Shown piece by piece: positions 36,216 to 49,421 of a DNA stretch of 64,000 bases. Both the position numbers and the translations under genes were made by a program. The first letter of the stretch is position 1. Every line of letters starts with the position of its first letter. Origin of the DNA: Chara braunii (lineage: Eukaryota; Plantae; Charophyceae); the NCBI GenBank assembly GCA_003427395.1, contig BFEA01000026.1, forward strand, positions 1,339,939 to 1,403,938, written 5' to 3'. The notes below the pieces were generated by a model. That model saw only the letters and a program-made list of their open reading frames with translations, did not search any database and had not been told where the DNA came from.

Positions 36216-39200
36216 AGAATCCCCTCACTGATTACACTGTAAGTGATAATCCACCTTAACCAAAATCAAAGTAGACTATCACTCAGCCATGACTAATAAT
36301 TTTTGATTTGAGAGACTGTGCAGGTTCCGCAGCCACGGCCAGTGTGATCAAGACAACACAACGACAGTAACTCCGCAACATCCACAAGGCAACAAACGAG
36401 AGGCAAGTACACAAGGGCAACCAGCATCACACAATCAAACAGCCAATGGTTAGCTGTTGCTAATCCCGCTGTCTGCCTGCAGATGCCTGTGTGACCAAAC
36501 AGATGCCCTGGCACGTGGCACTACAGCATAGTCTGATGCTGTACCGCCCGCCAGGCTGGACATGTGCAAGGTATTCCACTTCAGCCCAACCTTGCTTTCC
36601 TCGCAATACGTCACTCGAGAGACTATGTGGTCTACGGAAGCAGTACTATGAGTGACACATCAGCAAGACATACTGCCACATCAACACCACATTGGCTCCA
36701 CAAAGCCAAGTGCTACATCAGCAAACTTGTGCCACATCAGCTCGTCATGGCCCTCCAGAGGCCATGTCAGATACGGGTCCCGCCGGATCACGTCAACTCT
36801 GGCTGCCACTTGGAACCGTAACCTCTGCTTCTTGCAGCGGATTATCAATGGGAAGGCGCCACGTCACTGTAGATGCTTCGCTGCTCCTCCCGGGACATTG
36901 TCGTGTTGCAGGAGATACCTCGCTGGCCTTCTATGGGCAATGCCACGTCAGCAAGTGTACCTCGCTCTCTCTGCTTGAGAGTGCGATGTCAGCACCTTTG
37001 CATGGCTTCTTGCCAGAAAAGGAGAAATACAATGGCAATATGCCTGCCACATCAGCAGGCAGCTGCCAATACCAGAACCACACTGATGTTCACGTCGACA
37101 TCTGCAACTTCTCTGCACTGGCGCCATTTCAGCAGCTGGTGTCGACGGTAAGTATTCTCCCTCCTCCCCTCCACGTCAGCACTTCCCTTCACACAAGTCT
37201 CTCGCTGACCAGTGCCACGTCAGCAAATCTCTCGCCAACTGGCACTGGTCTCTCCTTGTCGGCCGATAATAAAGCAGCGATATAATAGACAATGCCGCTC
37301 TTCTTCTTCGCGGCCGACTCTTCAACAACTCGTCATCATCTTCATCAATGTCATAGCCAGCAGGTGACGAAGTAGGAGGATTATGCTCTGATACCAAATT
37401 GTAATGAACCCAGTCCGATGAGAAGCTCAAACATACCGTGATGCATCTGATTCAGCGCAATAATGCTGTCTCCAAAAATCGATTATATGTCCAAGTCAAA
37501 GTACACGAAATCTCTCATTATCCCGTAACCCAAAGAAGAGAATGAGAATCGAGGGGTGGAGAGTGACGCGCTAACGCTGAACCGGTGAGCGCCTCCACAA
37601 TGCGCTAAGCCCGTCCACGAACCGTCGCGGCAACTCACTTCCCGCGGGAAACCGCCACGCGCACGGCTCCGCGCGCGTTTGTCATCCAAATTTGAATCCG
37701 CCAAGGTGGTAGGCTAGGGGGAGATCGAGCGACGACACGTCACGCCACGCCTCCGGGCGTGGCCACCCTAGGCGAGGAAACGGGCCGTTGAGGACAAGGA
37801 AGAAAGAGGGAGAAGGAGGAGAAGGAGGAGAAAAAGAACAAGAACTCCAGGGAAGGAGGGGGAGAAGGGGAGAAGAAGGAGAAAGGAAGTCCCCGGAAGA
37901 AGAAAAGACAAAGGAAGCAAGAAAGGCGACGAAAAGTGGGTGGTGCACAAATCTTACCTACAATAGGAGAAGGGCAAGCAAAGAGGGTACGCGCAAGGAA
38001 TCATCACAAGCGGACAGAGATAGAGGCGCACCAGCCATTGCCGCACCATTAAGTATCCCAAGGTTTGAGCTGGCCCTAAACCCCAAAGGTAAGATCAAAC
38101 GACCTGTCCACCGACCCCTTCGTACGCAAGGGGCACAAGGAAGAAGGCATCACGACAAGCGAAAGGACAACACTCAAGAGGAGAGGAACGACGGATCTTC
38201 GAACTACGGAACAAGGGGAATAAAGACGACGACGCTACTACTTCGGGATAACACTATTTTAGGAACGTAGACACGACACAAAATCCCGCGTTCCGGCGGC
38301 AGTAACCCTTTCCCAAAGCACGATAGGATCAGGACAAAGCATCAGCCCGGACAAAGCATCAGCCCAAACACCAGGGGGAAAAATAGGAGTCGAAGTCGGC
38401 CATCATTAGAAACAGGATTACAGTAGCCAACACTATCACCTAGGCCGAAGCTCCTCTTCTCGCCCCTACTCATCTCCAACCCGCTGAAAGAAACGAAGCC
38501 TAGGTGGACTCTAACCCAAAGGTAGCCGGAACACGCGGTCCCGCCCACCCCCTAACGCTCGCCCTCGCTCGCCTCCACCAACCTCCACTTTCCCCCTCAC
38601 CTCAAGGACAGCCTAACACTCACGTTTTCCGCACTGCCCACCCGTGCACTCTGCCCACATCAATCCGTCGGCTTCCATCCCGCTCCCACTCCCTCCTTTC
38701 TCCGTTTGCCATCCCATCACCACCCATCGGATCTTGAGAGTCCTGTTAGGTCCACACAAGTAGAGGGAGACCAAAAATTTTCGGTTACTCACTCAAGTTT
38801 CCCTCCTACTTACCTTTCTTTTATTTTTTTACGGATCGCTTTGACATGTCATCAATCTGAACATAGCACGTGGGTTTAGGTTACTTATTTATCTACTTAC
38901 CTTAATTATTATTTTTATTAATTAACACGTAATAGTTGGTCTTAGTTGTCATTCGAGCTCTTATTAATCCGCTCTTCGCCCACACCGCCACAACAGACGT
39001 CCCAATCCAATTGATCAGGGGTTGGGTACTTCGAAGAAAACCTACCCCATGTACCTTCTCTTCCGACCCCGGACCACCATCCCATCCATGCTATCGCCCC
39101 TCTACCTCCGCCCAAACCAACACCCCCCAACCACACCCTCCCTCCCCGCCCACCATCCTCCCCCGTATACCTCTCGATCAATCTCGGTACGCCACGATCC

Positions 39201-39269
39201 GGTACAAGTCCCGACCCCCACCCCTGACCGGCAAAGCTACCCCCCCCCCCCCTACCGATTTGTTGGAGG

Positions 39270-42070
39270 ATGGCGATCTCTTACCTCCAAGCGGCCAGGA
39301 AGGCACTGTCGCAACAGGATCTAGCCCAAGCAGATTCCAATTCAAGCCCAGGGAACCCGACAGCTCAAACGACAAAGAACTCAACCCATTCGGCTGCCCA
39401 AGGAACACAGAGAACCACAACAACATACAAATCGTTGGGACAAAGGGCGTTAGCCTTTCTGATGAGCAAGACAGAGATTAAGGCGGAGATAACTAAAACA
39501 AAAGAAACAATCAAAGATGGAAATGGCCAGGAAGTTGAAGTCGAAGTGTGGGAGTACCCCAAGCAGGATCTACAATCCCTCAATGAAGTTTACGAAAAGC
39601 ATGTGGCGCTCTTCAATTTCACGAACAAAAACAGGTATTTACCTCTGAACGAAAAGAGGAAATGGGTGATGGACAAGCTCAGGGAAATGGAAAGCATACC
39701 TGGCACAGATCCGGACGTCTCTTACCACAAAAGAGGTAGGTACACAGTCATGATTCTGTGCGTCGATCCCTCTTATGCCCAATTCTTGATTTCCCTAGGT
39801 TCACTGAAGTGCAAAGGCTCGGTAGTCACAATCCAGAGATGGAAACCTCCCAGGGAACCTCAGGCGGAAGCTTCCAGACATAGGCAGACGATGCTCCGAA
39901 ACCACTTCTGGGTGCAGTTTGACAACCTGTCTGAAGGAATGCACAACTTCATCAAGAAAAGGTTGCAGGAGGAATTTCCCAACAACCTCATCATAGACTG
40001 GCTACCAGCCAACCCGGACTTCATGGCACCCAACCATGACTCGAGAGTGGCATACCTCGAGGTATCCTCAGGCACGACGTTGAATTTCCCAGACATGTGG
40101 ATCTTCCGGAAGAATGGCAAGGGCATCACAATCTTCATCTCCACCAAAGCGACCCCTACTGTTTTCGCTGCAGAAAAAAAGGACACTTGGGCATGCACTG
40201 CCCGCAAATGGGAGAAAAGGGAAGAAAGACAGTTCTCCGACAATTATTATTTGTTGAATGCGACGTTAAACCAGGGGTATGGTACATCAACGATGCTCAG
40301 TTCAGGGGCTGGATTTTCAACGATAACCTCAAAAATCCCAAGTGGATTTGGGTCCTGCAGGGGGAACCCAAGTTCAAACCGGACATCTACCCCCCCTACG
40401 ACAGCAGATGGAGGTTTGTAGGAGCCAAGCGAATGGAAGGCAGAAACACAGGTTTCCACATGGAACAGGTAATCTACGAAGCAGGACTGCACGATGAAAA
40501 GCAAAGACTGGAATCAATGAAGTAAATGCACGAAATTGGGCCGAACACGGAGAAGGCCTACCTGGAAAATCTAAGGGCCAGAACAGTCCAGGAACCGCAG
40601 TCGGATTCAGTGTGCTCTACCCTAAAATCCGCAGCTTCCAAAACTAGAGAAGAGGATAGCCTCCATATCGACGGATCTCTGAAGCGCGAACCCGAAGAAT
40701 TAGAAAGGGAAACATATACTAGCGCTACGGGGAAAAGAAAACAACAGTCGGTAGGACTGGCAAGTGCCCTACCAGCAGATATGGAAACGGATGGAAGTGA
40801 ACATTCCAAGCAATCCAACAATGTGCAGGGAGAAGGCAGAGTGCTGCCAAATGTCAAAACAACAACAATCAGGGAGGATTCTTCCCAGCGCGACAAAGCG
40901 GCAGGCCTGGAAGAAGGGGAGGAGGACATGGACTGCTCCCTAACCCCAGGAAGGGGTAGAAAAAGGGATAGAGCAGAGGAAAACGCATCCCAGTCCTCCA
41001 AGGAAGAAGGTGAAAAACAGTCTGAAAAGGACGACGAGGGATCAAATGATGAGTGGAAGGAGGACGACGAGGGATCAGATGATGAGTGGAATGAGGACGA
41101 CGCGGATATGAAGGAGGATGACGAGGATTCCTTGGAATACGTACATCAGTACGTCAGATCGCTGGAGAGGGCAAGGACAGTGGAATTCGAAGTAAGACTG
41201 ACCCATCACAAACACCGCCGAAATCTCAGAGCAGTGACGACAGCGGCCAATGACATATGCACGAAAAATAGGTTTGAGTTGCCGGAGACGGAAAGGGAGA
41301 TCAATGGATTTTATGCAGCACAATTCGGGCTGAAAACGAAGGTAGAAAATGATGAAATCCAAGTGGATCTAAGCAGCTATGCACAACACTTCGAATGGTC
41401 CAAATCCTACGAGGAGAAATACGCAGAAAAGAGAGTCAAAAAGCAAAGGAACACAACAGGTAACTCAAAGACAGAGGAACAAACGGATCAGACCACATCG
41501 GACTCAGAATCGGTGGATGAACTCAACAGACAGACAACCATTCTCGAAGCACAGGTCAATGCCCTGCGGGATCAGAACAGGGAATTAGATGAGAACTGTC
41601 TAAATCTCAAAGACATTGCCACAGGGTACAACAGGGAAATAGAGGCAGCGGCCAGACTCGACACTCGTTCCAATCCCAAACGGCGTACAATAATCCCGTA
41701 CAGATGGAACAACAAATACGAAACCTGGGAAATTGCATACCATAAATCCATGGCCCTGCTAACAGTCATAGACCAGGACTGTACGCAACAACACCTAAAA
41801 GAGAGGATATCTGATGCAGTCCTATCTAGAGCGCACATTCTGGGAACCAAGAAGGAAGCAAGAGAAGAATGGAAGGACCAGGAGGGCAGTTTGATGTGGG
41901 CAGATCTCAGACCCATGATTCTATAACTTGAGGAAAAGGCAACTCTTAACGACGACCTGTGTTGGGTTCCATGGCAGGTAGTGGAAGCAATACCCTATGG
42001 ACTGCTAGGGGGGAACTGAGTCGCAGAAAGAGCAGCCTTCAGCCGCTCGTTAGTCACAGCGTATGGCATT
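39270..42070 (+). pseudogene. LINE ORF1 (possible RRM-like region, CCHC knuckle, acidic/coiled-coil C-terminal half)
   Basis: CFRCRKKGHLGMHCP (~40157-40203) after a frameshift. In-frame stops at 40523 and 41924. Confidence 0.8.
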
Positions 42071-42450
42071 TTCCAGATGTCACCTAGGCAGCTTGGAATG
42101 AAGTTGATGGGGTCAATTTCAACTGGGAGGGACATAGGCCCTACTAGCTCTTAAACGGCGCTGGTAGCATGGGAATAGTCACGGGATCAAGTTGACTGGG
42201 ACAATGGGGGACTCCAACAGGAGCGTGCAAGCACCCCCCATACACATAAAGTTTGGTCTCCGCAAAAGAGAACCGAATCTGAAGATTATCTCGTGGAATG
42301 TAAACGACATATCCTCACTCCTCAGTAATCAAAGCAAGTGGGATAACATAACAAAGGCCTTCAATTGGTTTGGCAGGTCACCCCCGGACATACTATGCAT
42401 TCAGGAAACTCACTTGACGCAATCACAGGAGCACAGAAAACACAGAACCA

Positions 42451-42644
42451 GATAATTAAAAAACTCCAATGGGTGAAAGAAGCGATCACAGATTACACAA
42501 TTATAAATGTTGAGGGACGTTGGACCCGATTTACAGCAGGTATTGCTCCCCACCAATAGATGGAGCCTCCCCGAGCACGTTAGTGGTGTCTGCTCTTATC
42601 AGCACCCCTAACATCCACTCGGGTTGTTTTCTCCAAAAAAAAAA
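42451..42644 (+). mobile_element. Short LINE tail inserted in the endonuclease domain
   Basis: Tail motif at 42514-42566, hairpin and A run interrupt the APE between QETH and SAGVVILL. Confidence 0.8.
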
Positions 42645-44825
42645 GAACAACAAAGAAGCGATATGGGCCCCTTCTCATCTTCCTCACTCTGCAGGAGTGG
42701 TCATACTGCTACATGCCAAAGCCAGGACTACTTGTAGGATACCTATACAATCAGCAGACATTGACATCACGGAAGGAAGATGGGCGAGCATAAAATTTCA
42801 ATTCCTAGAAGACCAATTTCAAATCCTCTCCATCTACTGCCCTAACACATTACCTCAAAGAAGGGAGTTAATCGATCAACTAGCCCCAAAATGTGACCCC
42901 CATAGGCACCTACTCCTAGCAGGTGATTGGAATACTGCGCTTGACCCAACAATGGACCGCCTCTCGGGAGGGAGCTCCCTAACAGAGAATGCAGCATGGA
43001 GCGAAGCACTCCCCATCCACGACATAATGACGGAAAAGAATCTACTAGATCCGTACAGGGCCATATACCCAGACAGTAAAAAAATCACATATCTAAAAAG
43101 GAATAAAAGTCAACACATCTCGGCCTCCAGAATAGACTATTTCCTAATTTTAGAATCACTGTTAGGATCAGTACACAGCCTAGCAATAAAGGGTCTACCC
43201 CTCTACCCGGGCCTAGACCACAAACCCATCACACTTAATCTCAACATAGGAAACAACCCAGGTGGAGGGAATTTTTTTTTTTTAATTAACAACTCGATCC
43301 TCAACACACTTGAAATTAGGGAGGCAGTATTAAGAACGTGTATGGACCACGACCTCACCAACCTAGACTTCCCTGAGATGGTCACAACACTATCCGAAGC
43401 CACAGCAAAAGCATCAAGGATACTGGCTAGTAAAAGAAAACTACGGGAAGATGAGTTTCAACATATCATAAAACTAGCAGAAAGCAACCTCATCTTCCAC
43501 CCACGTTCTTCCCTTTACGAGAGAGCACTGGAGCAAGCCAGGCACGAAATGGCCAAATGGGAAGAGTGGAGGAGCAAAGGTCTGAGAATGGGAGCAAGCG
43601 TGAAAGAATGGGAGGAAGGAGAAAGAATGACCAAGTACTTCTTTCACAAAATTCAATCTAATGCCAACAATGCAAGCATCAACCAACTACAAACTGACCA
43701 GGGTTTTTTCTTCAGATCCACAGTTAATGCTGACAACGGCAACAACTTTCTTCAAGAACCTCTATACCTCAAAGGAACAAGATTTCTCTCAGCAAGAAAC
43801 AACACAGGCCAAAAACAAATTTCTCACGTACCTGGATAAAACAATCACAACGAAACAGGCCACAACTTTGGACGCCCCAATCACAGAACAAGAGCTATTT
43901 GAAGCCCTGCATTCCATGAAGCCCAACAAAACACCTGGAATTGATGGTCTGTCCAAGGAATTCTGGTTAGCATTATGGCCAGTGTTGGGCTCGGGATTCT
44001 TCCAATTCCTCGGGAAAGCCTGGGAGAAAGACACATTGGGGAACAATTAAGTACAGGAGTCGTCTCCCTCCTATATAAGAAGGGGACCCAACGGACATAA
44101 GGAACTATAGGCCACTATCCCTACTCAATGTGACATATAAAATCCTAGCGAAACTGTTAGCTAACAGAATAAGAACAATAACAAGGAATTGCTTTCATCT
44201 GGACCAAACCTGCTTCATTCCAGGATGGTTCATACTAGACAATGTATTGACTCTAACGGAAACTGTCAGATACATACAGGACAAAAGGATGAATGTCGCC
44301 ATCTTGTTCTTCAATTTCGAGAGAGCCTACGATCAAGTGAATTGGAATTTCCTATAGCAAAGCATGGAAAAAATGGGCGTGGGACCCAACTTCAGGAAGT
44401 GGGTGAAGATCCTCTATGCTCATGCCCATGGAAGAGTCCAAGTCAATGACCACATATCACAACCTTACCGAATGTCACGTTCAGTACGCCAAGGGGACCC
44501 GTTAGCAGCCCCAATTTTCCTGTTCATTATTGAAACCATTGCGTCCTTCCTAAGGAAAGAGACCTCAATAGAAAGACTATTGGAGGATAACCAACACTCA
44601 CCGTACGTCCCAACCACAATCCTCTTCGTGGATGACTTGACTGTCCTGATAAGGTATTCTGACTCCTCGTTCGAAGTGCTAACCTGGGCAATGCAAGCAT
44701 TCCAAATTGCCTCCGAAATGAAAATCGACTGGTCCAAAACTATAGGATGGTGGCTAACAGATCCCCAAGTCAATACCCCCCAAAATACACTAGAAGGAAT
44801 GAATTGGGCTAAAGGCAACGACCCC

Positions 44826-44827
<2 letters not shown>

Positions 44828-44867
<40 letters not shown>

Positions 44868-44871
44868 CCCC

Positions 44872-44895
<24 letters not shown>
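44828..44895 (+). mobile_element. Poly(A)-only retro-insertion
   Basis: A-run with a central C6, flanked by a perfect 17-bp TSD AAAGGCAACGACCCCCT. Confidence 0.85.
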
Positions 44896-44902
<7 letters not shown>

Positions 44903-47900
44903 ACGACCCCCTGAGATTTTTGGGAATCCGAGTTTCCAAATCAGGACCAAACCACTCAATGCCATCATGAGCAAAATGATAGCCAAATTGGGCAGCTGGT
45001 CCAGAGTCTATACTTCAATCTTCGGGAGAGCTCTGATCCTAAGCGCCTCCATCTTCTCAATGCTATGGTACACCTCAACCATTTGCACACCTATCGAACA
45101 GGCGAGATTGCAACTGCGGAGAAAGGTAACTGCATATCTGTGGACAGGGGACCCTTCTAAACCCCACTTCATCTCCAAGGTGGCTTGGAAGTACGTCACC
45201 CAACCGAGAGCAAAAGGTGGCCTCAGAGTGCTCGACCCAGAGATCCAAATAAAAGCTCTACAGACTAAATGGATTTTAAAAATTTTAACAAATAACAACC
45301 TGCCCTGGATCGAGCTGGGCCTCCGAAGAATTAACCAGCTCACAAAGGTCAAAACGCCCAATAATATGAGAGGTCTGTTTTGGGTAATGTCAAAATCTTG
45401 GACCCTGGAATCCACCACCAAAAATCTTGGGGCAGACGTGCCAGAGGGGAGACAAACCTGGAATTTTTGGGGAAATCTTATAGTAACCTGGAGGGAAATA
45501 TTCCCAGCAAAGGTAAGGGAGCCAAAGTCCAAGGAGGAAGTTCTCCGTCAACCCATATTCTGCAACCAGAGGATCCTAGTTCCCAGGGCAAACCACACTC
45601 ACAGCAACTGACCTTAAGTGGAAGTCATGGGTAGAAAAAGGAATATGGCAAATCAAGCATCTCTAGTCTCAATCGGAAGGGAGATGGAAAACGGCGGGGG
45701 AACTGAGACAATCCTTGAAAGGATGCCATAATGTATAGGACAACCTCAATAACATCCTAATCTCAATTCCGGACAATTGGTTAACCCTCCTGAAAAGCCC
45801 CTTCAAATGGTCACCCGGGGATTGGTTAACAAACACAGAGGACTCCTCCCTGAACACGGCCTACCTACTACGTTCAAGGGAAGGTCCCAGGAACAACTGG
45901 CTCATCTGTGACATGTACACTATCGAGGACCCAGGCGCTACCACAAGCCTATTAAGCAAGAGCCCAACAGGGGAGATAGCGCTCCCAAAGAACACAGTAT
46001 GGAAGGTTAGGGTGGTGGAAAATGATAAGCACAGAATCTACAGCCCCACAACAAGCATACAAGACTTAGAATTTGACCCAGCTGAATGGGCATGGAAACG
46101 AAGAACAGGAAGACTCGCAATAGAAAAAAGAACTACTATCTTAGAGTATACCACCAAATTAGGATGCACACTAAGGATGAGATCTCACCGGTAGCGCAGG
46201 TCATCAGCCGGAGATGGGATGCACACCTCAACCTACCCCAAAGCAGATCTCAGATCAGATCATGGGAAAAACTTCTGGCCATCACTTCAACTAGGATAAG
46301 AAGCTTCCAATGGCAGTTAGCTTACTTGGCACTACCAGTCAATCAATGGCTAAACAAAAGACGCAGCCTACAAACAAGATCACCAACACAAGAACTATGT
46401 GTCATTTGCCAGGAAAAAGCAGTAGAAAACGTGAACCACTGCCTCTTAACCTGTCACAAAGCAACGCAATTATGGACAAGAGCAACTGAACTGTGGAATT
46501 CAATCACGGACAAAACTCTACCAAACGATCCAGCTACCGTGCTCCTAGGACTTCACACACCTACTACTTGGCAAAGTTTTGAACTTTCACTCTATCACAT
46601 TTTGAGACTGGCCACACTGTTGTCAATCTGGAAGCGCAGATGTCAAGAGACCATCGACAACTTGCCGATGGCGGCCCAAGAAGCTTGGGAAGGATCACTG
46701 CAGCCAATAGAGACAGCGTACAGAGGACACTGGAAAAAAACCTACAAAAAAATCAAGCGAGATATAGAAAACAAAGACAAAATCATCAAAGACTTCAAGA
46801 AAAAACAACTAGGAGACGGGAAAATTGCGACAATAGGAAAGGACTGTATTAGGTTTGGGCAGTGGAGAGGTAGCGGCCAAGCTCAACCACACATTGCAGA
46901 GACGCCAAGAAGCAGATCTCACCTCACAAACTTTGCATTGAACTCAGGATAGAGTCCCCATAGTTCGAACATTGCCCACCCCACATTAACACTGCACAGC
47001 CCGAGCTCACTCATCCAGTCCGACAATCAAAGTCTAATCCCCAGCCAGCCAAACAAGGAAAAGCCTTGGACAATACAAGAACCAGGGACCAAGTCGGAGG
47101 CTTTCCCAACCTTGACTGATGGCGGCCCAAGGTTGGGAAAGCCTCCCACTCGCCGAGGCATTACAAGTACAACTCAGACCAAGCGTGAGCAACAGGTAGG
47201 GCCAAAAAGGGCAAGGGATAGCCCCCGCCAGGGGAAGTAAAATAGTAAATTTTGGATATCAGACGACCAGGATAGTTTAGGGTCTAGGGTTTAGGAGAAG
47301 GCAAAGGGCAGAAATGGCACCAAAGATAAGTGTTGAAGGACCCGGCAACCCAAGACCGAAAGAGAGGGAGGTTAGAAGATGAAATTCCACAAGAGGTCTA
47401 GGAGTAGCAATTACTTAGGTGCCCTGATTTCCACAATAGGGTATAGCCTTATAGAACCAGACTACATCAATTCCTTGGTTACCAGTCCCAGACAGCAGCC
47501 CCAGCTTACAGAGGCCTCAGCTGAGAGTAGCTAGGAGCTAGGCGACCCATAGGATCAAGAAACAGTAGATATAGGCCAGCTTAGGGTGGGAGAGATCAAA
47601 AGAGATAGGATGAAGGTTCAGGGTTGTGGGTTAAGAACAGGACATGGGTTACTTCTTGAGTATTAGGAACTGGTAAATCAAGACAGCGTTGCAACTGAGG
47701 GGCTAGGGTTCAGAATGAAAACATCACAAGTAGGGTTGGACCTCCCAGCCATAATGGGGAGGAGCAAGCGTGAGTCTCTCATGTATTCCATTTTGACTTG
47801 CCGGGGGAACAGGAACCGGACTGTCGCTCCCCAGAATGGTAGGAGCCAGAACGGAGAGGCTCTGTTTTTTTTTTTTGTTTAAAAAAAAAAAAAAGTAAAA

Positions 47901-49421
47901 GAATGAGAATCGAGGGAGAGAAGACAGATAGGAGGAGAGGAGAAGGAGAGTCCCTTGTGAACCAATAGCACAGTAGCTCCCTCGTCTCGCCCACTTCCTC
48001 CTCAGGCATCTCCCTCTAACGCCAACTCAGCAAATCGGTACTCCTCTGAAGATCTCTGACATGTACTTGCGCAGGTCACAATAATGCGCCCATCCTCAGT
48101 CCACGTCAGCAACAGCTAACGAGGATGGTGCAGGTCCACTTGAAGACGAGCAGCAGATCACACTCCACGTAACAGGCAAGTCCAGGTAAGCCTCTCCTCA
48201 TCACACACGTGAACTCCACAGTCCAGATCCTCCTCCTCCTCGCCGCCTCTACCACCAAGGTCAACTCCACACGGTTGTGGCCGCAACAGCATAATCTCCC
48301 TCCTGGCTGGCACCCAAACACAGACACTGGCGGCAGCATAAAGCTGCCGTAGCCTTGTGTTGTCGAACCAGCATCAAGCCAGTGCAAGCCGGAATGATCT
48401 CAAGCAGGGGCTGGGTCAACTTTTAATGATGACTCGCATTGACCGGCCTCTGGTCTCCTGAGGTCGTCCGTCAAGATGAATCAGCAGCCAATGGCCTGGG
48501 TGCAGCACATTCCCAATTCGCAGCCAGGAGGCTGCGCTATACCCAGTTGCATTTTTGGCGCGCAGCGGGTTTCCCGATCGGGGAAATGTCGACGACCTTT
48601 TTGGGGTCTAGAGCGGTGTAGAGGGTGCGGGAATATGGAGCAGAAGGGTGTGGTCGTTGTCGTAAGACCGACCGGTCGTTTAGGCGGTCGCAGTAGAGGC
48701 AAAAAATGAGCGACCAGCGGTAGCCTGCAAAGGTCGTGCAGCGGTCGTTTTGGACGGTGCCCAGGGGTTTCTTCTTCAGGTGAAGTTCGAGTTCGAGAAA
48801 TTGAGAAAGTGTGGAGGGAAACGGGAACGTGGGGGGCGTTTGGGAGGGGCAGAAGGTCAGCCGGTGGGGTCTCCAAAATGCGCTCCAAGACCCCACGCCC
48901 TCTGGGCTGCGCCTCCGCGCCTTGAGTGGTACACAGTTACCTTTGTGTCCCAGTCGGACTGGAATCTTCTGGATACCTGCAGACAACCAAAGATGTGCAT
49001 CTGATCGACAGCCGTGGCTGACCAGCAGTTTGACTTTGACCCCTGGGCCCGGAATCCTGTACTTGGGTTGACTTTTGACTTTCCCAAGGTCAACTGTGGC
49101 CCGTAGGGTCTCTGAAGGCTGTTTTTGACTTGGCCTGGGGTATCCCTTGGCCTTGGGCCTTTTCCCCGACTCTTCTCACACTTGGGCGTGACTTTTGCCC
49201 CCTTATGCCGACCTTCGACCACAAGTTACGACCCCTGGTCCGCGTTCTACGCAGATGCTGAACTTGGGCTATTGCAAATATATGAGAGCACAAGCAGCAC
49301 AGAGCGCCTGAATGTTTCTTTAACTTGGGTTGAGGTCCGCAGACGCCTCTTTTTGGGGGGCTGAAATATCTGTTTCACACAAGAAAAGCACATAATAGCA
49401 CCAACTCAAAAAGGCCCATCA

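Larger units (their letters stand above)
42204..46952 (+). pseudogene. LINE ORF2 (APE endonuclease, RT, zf-RVT), disrupted
   Basis: IISWNV, LCIQETH, AGDWN, SRIDY, LDHKP; KTPGIDG, RQGDPL, LFVDDL; CVICQ..ENVNHCLLTC. Confidence 0.96.
37556..47899 (+). mobile_element. Full-length L1/Tx1-like LINE (10.3 kb)
   Basis: 17-bp TSD AGAATGAGAATCGAGGG (37539-37555 / 47900-47916), ~1.7-kb 5' UTR, ORF1, ORF2, 3' UTR with a variant tail motif, and poly(A). Confidence 0.92.
36238..49379 (-). mobile_element. Truncated LTR element: 5' LTR (37400-37555 + 47917-~49379, split by the LINE), PBS and non-coding leader
   Basis: PBS TGGTATCAGAGC (37385-37396) lies 3 nt from a ...ATTACA end. The LINE TSD rejoins 37555 to 47917. 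The outer boundaries are tentative. Confidence 0.55.

Noticed and set aside
36156-37400. Classical LTR retrozyme linking the HHR to the iMet PBS at 37385
   Set aside because: The LTR adjoining that PBS shows no hammerhead core and no similarity to the HHR unit.
37400-38422. LTR ending at GGATTACA 38422
   Set aside because: The 17-bp TSD shows that sequence from 37556 onward is the LINE 5' UTR.
42589-42602. Hairpin loop TCTGCTCTTATCAG derived from U2 (TCTGTTCTTATCAG)
   Set aside because: The match is short, varies among copies, and has no flanking U2 sequence, so it is probably coincidence.
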